A DNA stretch of 64,000 bases, taken from sequence record SRR20825010_2151. The stretch is one strand, 5' to 3'. Shown piece by piece: positions 58,021 through 64,000 of this stretch. The stretch's first letter is position 1. Each line of letters opens with the position of its first letter. Under the pieces are notes generated by a model. It was not told where the DNA came from and did not search any database. It saw only the letters and a list, made by a program, of their open reading frames with translations. Position numbers and translations under genes: made by a program.

Positions 58021-58623
58021 CTATTTTATCGTACAGCCAATGGCTTTAGTACTGTTGGTTTCGATGCTCTGCCCCTTTAAAAGGGCATCTACAGCGCTTT
58101 CTACATAGCGTTTTGTGGCTGATTCAGGGTTTCTGCTATTATTGTCTATCGCACCAATATATGCTACTCTAAACGCTTCTCCTTCCTTATTTAAAACATA
58201 TACTTGAGGCGTGTTTGTAGCGCCATAAGCGGCTGTGGTTTCCTGGCTATCGGTGTCTATTAAATACGAAAAGGGAAACTCTTTGTCATTTGCCCTTTCT
58301 TTCATTTTGGAATAGGAGTCTCCAGTAGAAATTTTAGGGTTGTTAGGCTGAATGGCAATTACCGAATAGCCTAAAACGGAATATTTCTGGTGTAATGCAA
58401 TAACTCGATCTTCGTACATGTCTGAATAAGGGCAAGTATTACAAGTGAAAACAATAATATAGCCCTTCGCACTTTTATTGGTATTGAGTGATACCATTTT
58501 ACCATCAATATTTTTAAGGTTAAAGTCTGGAGCAGTACCCCCTATTTTAACCCCCTGAGGAGTTTGATTCAGTCCTCCTACTATAAAAAGAAATGATATT
58601 ATAAATGCTTTAATATAAACCAT
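58021..58623 (-). CDS. Thioredoxin-fold (AhpC/TSA-like) protein
   Basis: APDFNL, FTCNTCPY, YGATNTP, YIGAIDN, C-terminal GCTIK. Confidence 0.88.
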   Translation of the reverse strand: MVYIKAFIISFLFIVGGLNQTPQGVKIGGTAPDFNLKNIDGKMVSLNTNKSAKGYIIVFTCNTCPYSDMYEDRVIALHQKYSVLGYSVIAIQPNNPKISTGDSYSKMKERANDKEFPFSYLIDTDSQETTAAYGATNTPQVYVLNKEGEAFRVAYIGAIDNNSRNPESATKRYVESAVDALLKGQSIETNSTKAIGCTIK

Positions 58624-59058
58624 AACTGCTGATCTTTATTGGTAATTGCTTTTTTAAGGTTTGAAGTTCGTCATTCTCTAACTTTGATTCAACATGTTTT
58701 ATGTAACCGTTGTTTGAAGAATTTTTCATTGGAGTTATGGCTCACTTCCTTTATAAATCAGACGTTTGAAATATGAATATTCTAATATGAGCTGAAAGTA
58801 GCCAAATTGTTTTGACTTGGCTCTTTATTGATGCCAAATACAAAAAATCAACCTGCTCATATGGGCGTAATATTGGGTTAACATTCAGGTCATTGGGGGT
58901 TGAACTATTTGCGTTTTGATTTGAGTCAACTCTTACTCCTGAAAATACAATTGAAGCCTCTACTGAAAGCTGCGTTTATGGTTCAGAAATGGACTTTCAA
59001 AAATCAATTACTAGTAATGTTTTTAGACAAAACAAAGATTGATTAAAGTCAAATAATG

Positions 59059-59211
59059 TTTTCCACAAAACCATAAAGTTGTCCACATTTTTCAACAGAA
59101 AGAACATAAGTAACTGATTATAAGGGGTTTAAATTAAGCAAGTGGAATTTGATTTTTGTTGATAAGTATTTAAAAAATTGCCCTGAGGTATTCTGAAGGG
59201 ATATATTCACA
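59059..59211. promoter_or_regulatory. Second cluster of DnaA-box-like motifs with an IHF-like site
   Basis: ttttccaca 59059, ttgtccaca 59079, ttttcaaca 59089, tgttgataa 59157, atattcaca 59203; AATCAGTTACTTA on the minus strand at 59107-59119. Confidence 0.5.
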
Positions 59212-59261
59212 GTTTGGGGGCAAAATAATTTCTAAAAAATGGGTGGCCATTTTTGGAACAA

Positions 59262-61037
59262 TCATTCCTTATTCTGACGCTTGAGTTTAGTGCGATATGC
59301 ACTGAAAATACGCGATTTTGACATAATTCCTAAATATTTATCGTCCTTAATCACGGGCAGATTCCAAGCACCCGTCTTCTCAAACTTTGTCATTACTTCT
59401 TCCATTTTATCGCTTGTAGAAACCGTAGCAGGGGGTTTATGCATTAGGGCTGCTACAATAACACTTTTTTGAGATGATGGATCAAACATAATTTCACGAA
59501 TGTCGTCAAGCGTGATGATTCCCTGTAGTTCACCCTTCTCATTTACTACAGGAAATATATTCCTTTTAGACTTTCGAACAAGGGCCACTAAATCACCAAG
59601 GGTTTTTTCTGGGTGGATAGTCAGCAGGTCATTTTCAATTAGCTTTTCAATTTTTATCAAGCTTAATACCTGTCTGTCTTTATCATTAGTAATGAGGTCT
59701 CCTGCCTTAATTAAACGACCCGTATAAAAGGAGTACTGCTCGAAATAACGTGAGGTGCTGAGACCAATTGCTGAGACCAACATTAAGGGTAGAAACAAAG
59801 TGTAACCACTGGTAATTTCTGCAATAAGGAATATGGCAGTAAGTGGGGCGTGCAATACACCACTCATTACACCACACATACCAACTAAGGTGAAATTACT
59901 AATTGAAAGAGTTTTGCCTATTCCTAGAAAGTTGATGGTTTGGGAATAGATATAACCAGTAATGGCTCCGATAAAAAGAGATGGCGCAAAAATCCCTCCA
60001 CTACCACCAGCTCCTAATGTAAGTCCTGTGGCAATTGGTTTGATTAACAAAATTCCTAATGAAAAAAGGATCAGATAAAGCGTACTGTCTTCATTCTTCA
60101 AGAAAAAACTCTCATTTAAAAGTGCCTCAGGGTTTCCATTCAGAATAGTTGTGATGGAGTCGTAACCCTCACCATAAATTGGATGAAAAACGAAAATGAT
60201 GATCCCCAATGCTAAGCCGCCAATAACAGCCCTACCCGTTTTGTTTTTAATCTTAACAGCTACTGACTCAGTAAGCTGGGTAAGTCGAGTAAAATACACG
60301 GCAACCAAACCGCAAAAAACACCGAACACCAAGAAGTAAGGAAAGTCAGACGCAAGAAACGGATCGGTAAGGTCGAAGGAAAACAGTACATCTGGCCCTA
60401 AAGTGAGCATGGACACCAATGAGCCAATTACGGATGCGATCAGCAGCGGAATAAAGGCTGCGATGGTTACCTCGGTTAGAATAACTTCGATACTGAAAAT
60501 TACGCCCGCCACTGGCGAATTGAAAATGCCAGATATTGCAGCAGCAGCTCCGCAACCAATCATCAGAGTGCGTTGCTTATAACTAAGGTGCATTAGCTGC
60601 CCAATGTTGGAGCCTATGGCCGAACCCGTTACAACAATTGGTGCTTCAAGCCCTACCGAACCCCCAAAGCCTACCGTAAGTGCAGAAGTAATCATGCTAC
60701 TATAGGTTTTTACCCTAGTTATGATACTTGATTTTTTGGAAATAGTGTATAGAATACTGGTGATTCCATGGCCTAATTTTTCTTTCAGAAGCTTGTCAGC
60801 AACAATGGAAGTAATAACGATTCCAATAAGTGGATAAATTAGAAAAAGATAATGGGCAACATCTTCTCTAAAATCACTTAGCGAGTGTTGAATATAATGA
60901 ACGGTGCTTTTTAGGAGTACAGCCGCTATTCCACCCAAAAGACCAATAATTCCGCTTAGAATCATAAGGAAATTACGCGTGCTAATGTTGCGTATTCTCC
61001 AGATTAAAAACTTTGAAAGGGTCTTATTGAACTTCAT
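59262..61037 (-). CDS. ClC family chloride channel/transporter with CBS pair
   Basis: GHGIT, GGSVGLEAP, GGSGGIFAP, HAPLT, C-terminal CBS domains. Confidence 0.93.
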   Translation of the reverse strand: MKFNKTLSKFLIWRIRNISTRNFLMILSGIIGLLGGIAAVLLKSTVHYIQHSLSDFREDVAHYLFLIYPLIGIVITSIVADKLLKEKLGHGITSILYTISKKSSIITRVKTYSSMITSALTVGFGGSVGLEAPIVVTGSAIGSNIGQLMHLSYKQRTLMIGCGAAAAISGIFNSPVAGVIFSIEVILTEVTIAAFIPLLIASVIGSLVSMLTLGPDVLFSFDLTDPFLASDFPYFLVFGVFCGLVAVYFTRLTQLTESVAVKIKNKTGRAVIGGLALGIIIFVFHPIYGEGYDSITTILNGNPEALLNESFFLKNEDSTLYLILFSLGILLIKPIATGLTLGAGGSGGIFAPSLFIGAITGYIYSQTINFLGIGKTLSISNFTLVGMCGVMSGVLHAPLTAIFLIAEITSGYTLFLPLMLVSAIGLSTSRYFEQYSFYTGRLIKAGDLITNDKDRQVLSLIKIEKLIENDLLTIHPEKTLGDLVALVRKSKRNIFPVVNEKGELQGIITLDDIREIMFDPSSQKSVIVAALMHKPPATVSTSDKMEEVMTKFEKTGAWNLPVIKDDKYLGIMSKSRIFSAYRTKLKRQNKE

Positions 61038-61057
61038 AGATATTTCACTGCAAATCT

Positions 61058-61867
61058 CTAAAGATTCTTAGCCCTTTCCCAATATTTATCCATTTCCTGC
61101 AGGCTCATTTCGGCTATGTTCTTCCCGTCCTTTTTCGATTCGGTTTCTAAAAACTTAAAACGTTTTATGAATTTAAGATTTGTTCGCTCTAAAGCCTCTT
61201 CTGCATCGATATCTATAAAGCGAGAATAGTTGATGAGCGAGAATAGCATATCACCAAATTCTCCAGAAGCCTTTTCTTTATTAATTTTAGTCGAATCCTC
61301 AATGTTGAATTCATCCTTGAACTCCTGCATCTCTTCTTCTACCTTTTCCCAAACTTGTTCTTTCTTCTCCCAATCAAAGCCAACTCCTCTTGCCTTGTCT
61401 TGAATCCTCATGGCTTTTACCATCGCTGGTAAGCCTTTAGGTACACCTCCCAAAACGGAAGTGTTTCCCTTTTCTTTGAGCTTAATCTTTTCCCAATTTT
61501 CCTTTACGGCTTGTTCATCTTTGGCATCTACATCGCCATAAATATGTGGGTGTCGATGAATAAGTTTATCGCAAATGGCGTTTATGCTGTCGGCAACATC
61601 AAAAGCTTTTTGTTCATCGGCAATTTTTGAATAGAAAACCAAGTGGAGCATAACATCCCCTATTTCCTTTTTAATTTCATCAAGATTGTTTTCGAGAATG
61701 GCTTCTGAAAGCTCATATGTTTCTTCAATGGTTAAATGACGAAGGCTTTCCAGTGTTTGTTTTTTATCCCAAGGGCAGTTTAATCGCAACTCATCCATAA
61801 TGGTTAGCAGGCGGTCAAATGCTTCTAATTTTTCTTTTCTTCGAAGGTCTTTTTGGGGTTCAAGCAT
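61058..61867 (-). CDS. mazG: Nucleoside triphosphate pyrophosphohydrolase MazG
   Basis: LRLNCPWDKKQT, EETYE, EIGD, RHPHIY, GFDW, KFIKRF. Confidence 0.96.
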   Translation of the reverse strand: MLEPQKDLRRKEKLEAFDRLLTIMDELRLNCPWDKKQTLESLRHLTIEETYELSEAILENNLDEIKKEIGDVMLHLVFYSKIADEQKAFDVADSINAICDKLIHRHPHIYGDVDAKDEQAVKENWEKIKLKEKGNTSVLGGVPKGLPAMVKAMRIQDKARGVGFDWEKKEQVWEKVEEEMQEFKDEFNIEDSTKINKEKASGEFGDMLFSLINYSRFIDIDAEEALERTNLKFIKRFKFLETESKKDGKNIAEMSLQEMDKYWERAKNL

Positions 61868-61953
61868 TGAGATAAAGGCTTTTTGGGAAACTTACTGTTC
61901 AAAGGTAGCGTTCTACGCTCAACTATCTTAAATTTGCAAAAAATTAGTCTACT

Positions 61954-62184
61954 ATGACAACTTTATATTTGACCTTAGGACTTGTAGGATTGTTTTTCGT
62001 ATTCATGTCTGTTCGTTTGATCTTTTTAAAAAACGGAGAGTTCAAAGGAACATGCGCCTCTCAAAATCCCTTTTTGAATAAAGATGGAGCAGCTTGTGGC
62101 TATTGTGGAAAAACTGTACAAGCAGGAGAAAGCTGTGGAAATCCGGATAACGAAGTAGATAAAGTACTCTCCAAGTTTAAATAA
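61954..62184 (+). CDS. Small membrane-anchored Cys-rich protein
   Basis: TM helix followed by GEFKGTCASQNP...CGYCG...C. Confidence 0.8.
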   Translation: MTTLYLTLGLVGLFFVFMSVRLIFLKNGEFKGTCASQNPFLNKDGAACGYCGKTVQAGESCGNPDNEVDKVLSKFK

Positions 62185-62280
62185 GCTTTGGCTTCTTTAC
62201 CTATTTCAAAAATCACTATAAAGTGACGGTCATATTCTGATTTTGCTAGCTTTGTAATTTACAATCAACCCAATATATAA

Positions 62281-63672
62281 GTGACCTTAATCAAATCTAT
62301 TTCAGGAATAAGAGGAACCATTGGAGGTAAAGTAAACGAAGCACTTACACCAATTGATGTTGTTAAATTCTCTGCCGCTTTTGGCACTTGGGCCAAGCAA
62401 AACTCCAAACAAAATACTATTGTAATTGGTCGTGACGCTAGACCCTCGGGCGAAATGGTTTCTTCTCTTGTCAGCGCTACCCTTCGAGGTTTAGGCCTGA
62501 ATGTAGTTGATCTTGGCCTTTCTACTACCCCGACTGTTGAAATGGCGGTTACAGCTGAAAATGCCTGTGGAGGAATTATTCTAACAGCAAGTCATAACCC
62601 TGTGCAATGGAATGCGCTAAAGCTTTTGAACGCAAAGGGTGAGTTTATCAGCGGTGATGATGGTAAAGCAGTATTGGAAATTGCTGAGAACGATGCGTTT
62701 GAGTTTGCCCCTGTTAAGTCTTTAGGCAAATACAGAACAGACGATACATACATTCAGAAACATATTGAAGCCATTCTTAAACTTCCATTGGTTGATGTTG
62801 AAGCGATTAAGGCGGCCAAATTCAAAGTGGCTATTGACTGCGTAAACTCTACAGGGGGTATTTCTCTTCCTCCTTTGTTGAGAGCTCTTGGCGTTGTTCA
62901 AATTGAAGAACTTTACTGTGAACCTAATGGCCATTTTCCTCATAACCCAGAACCACTTCCAGAACACTTAGGAGACATTACCAGAATTATGCAGAAAGGC
63001 ATTTACGACCTTGGCATTGTGGTAGACCCAGATGTAGACCGTTTGGCTATGGTATCCGAAAACGGAGATCCTTTTGGTGAAGAGTACACTTTGGTGGCTG
63101 TTGCAGATTATGTGCTTTCACAAACCAAAGGCAATACTGTTTCAAACCTTTCTTCAACCCGGGCATTGAGAGATGTAACGGAAAAAAGAGGGGGCACTTA
63201 TCAAGCCGCTGCGGTGGGTGAAGTGAATGTGGTAACCAAAATGAAAGAAATAAATGCTGTAATCGGTGGTGAGGGAAATGGTGGAATCATCTATCCTGAA
63301 TTACACTACGGTAGAGATGCGCTTGTTGGAATCGCCCTTTTCTTAACACACCTGGCTAAATACGGAAAGAAAATGTCTCAGTTGAGAGCCAGCTACCCTA
63401 ACTACCACATCTCAAAAAATAAGATTGATTTATCACCGGACATTGATGTAGACAAAGTATTGGAAGGAATGCAAAAGCGATATGCCAAGCAGCCAGTAAA
63501 CACTATTGACGGGGTAAAAATAGAGTTTGACAAAGAATGGGTACATTTGCGAAAGTCGAACACCGAGCCAATTATTCGTATTTATTCTGAATCAGAATCG
63601 CAGGCTACTGCCGAGTATTTGGCCAACAAAATAATCACCGATATTAAAGAAATCGTTTCGTCAAAATCTTGA
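62281..63672 (+). CDS. glmM: Phosphoglucosamine mutase / phosphohexomutase
   Basis: TASHNP phosphoserine loop, DPDVDR, GGEGNGG, RKSNTEP. Confidence 0.88.
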   Translation: MTLIKSISGIRGTIGGKVNEALTPIDVVKFSAAFGTWAKQNSKQNTIVIGRDARPSGEMVSSLVSATLRGLGLNVVDLGLSTTPTVEMAVTAENACGGIILTASHNPVQWNALKLLNAKGEFISGDDGKAVLEIAENDAFEFAPVKSLGKYRTDDTYIQKHIEAILKLPLVDVEAIKAAKFKVAIDCVNSTGGISLPPLLRALGVVQIEELYCEPNGHFPHNPEPLPEHLGDITRIMQKGIYDLGIVVDPDVDRLAMVSENGDPFGEEYTLVAVADYVLSQTKGNTVSNLSSTRALRDVTEKRGGTYQAAAVGEVNVVTKMKEINAVIGGEGNGGIIYPELHYGRDALVGIALFLTHLAKYGKKMSQLRASYPNYHISKNKIDLSPDIDVDKVLEGMQKRYAKQPVNTIDGVKIEFDKEWVHLRKSNTEPIIRIYSESESQATAEYLANKIITDIKEIVSSKS

Positions 63673-63676
63673 TAGA

Positions 63677-64000
63677 ATGAAGAAGATATATTTAGATAAC
63701 GCTGCCACAACCCCATTGGACCCTGAGGTTTTTGAAGCCATGAAACCCATGATGTTAGAAATGTATGGGAATCCATCATCTACTCATGCCCATGGGCGAG
63801 AAGTAAGAACCAAGATTGAAAGGGCAAGAAAGACTGTGGCAGAGTTGCTGAATACAACTCCTTCTGAAATTTTCTTTACTTCTGGCGGAACTGAGGCTGA
63901 TAATACTGCCATTACGTGCAGTGTTGATGCTTATGATCTAAAGCATTTAATCACTTCTAGAATTGAGCACAAGGCGGTTTTGCAAACAGCGGAAAAGCTC
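63677..64000 (+). CDS. Cysteine desulfurase (IscS/NifS family), runs off the window end
   Basis: MKKIYLDNAATTP...YGNPSSTH...FTSGGTEADN...IEHKAV. Confidence 0.92.
   Translation, partial: MKKIYLDNAATTPLDPEVFEAMKPMMLEMYGNPSSTHAHGREVRTKIERARKTVAELLNTTPSEIFFTSGGTEADNTAITCSVDAYDLKHLITSRIEHKAVLQTAEKL

Noticed and set aside
593-63779. Numerous 60-140 aa ORFs antisense to or nested in long genes
   Set aside because: Shadow ORFs of well-supported genes with no recognisable motifs.

Overview
A 64 kb core-chromosome segment from a Bacteroidota bacterium, most likely Cytophagia (gldJ, TAnnTTTG promoter motifs, bS22 upstream of rne/rng, recJ-lptB-GH3). It appears to span the replication origin: a DnaA-box cluster at about 12.5-12.85 kb and two near-perfect parS sites just upstream of mnmG. 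Housekeeping content includes a beta-oxidation operon, mnmG, ybeY, xth, mfd, prfA, fumC, recJ, lptB, mazG, glmM and a partial cysteine desulfurase. There are also three LytS/LytTR pairs, one OmpR-type pair, a LemA-TPM-TPM operon and a RelE/ParE-type toxin-antitoxin pair. No rRNA, tRNA, CRISPR, transposase, integrase or reverse transcriptase was seen. The most unusual observations are: (1) two four-helix-bundle (IVS-like) genes inserted between fad genes, each bracketed by inverted 7-nt tandem-repeat arrays that begin at the upstream gene's TAG stop; (2) two paralogous secreted three-repeat proteins flanking a LytS/LytTR pair, with a candidate LytTR operator; (3) a second cluster of DnaA-box-like and IHF-like motifs about 46 kb from oriC. 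All product calls come from motif recognition by eye; no database searches were run.
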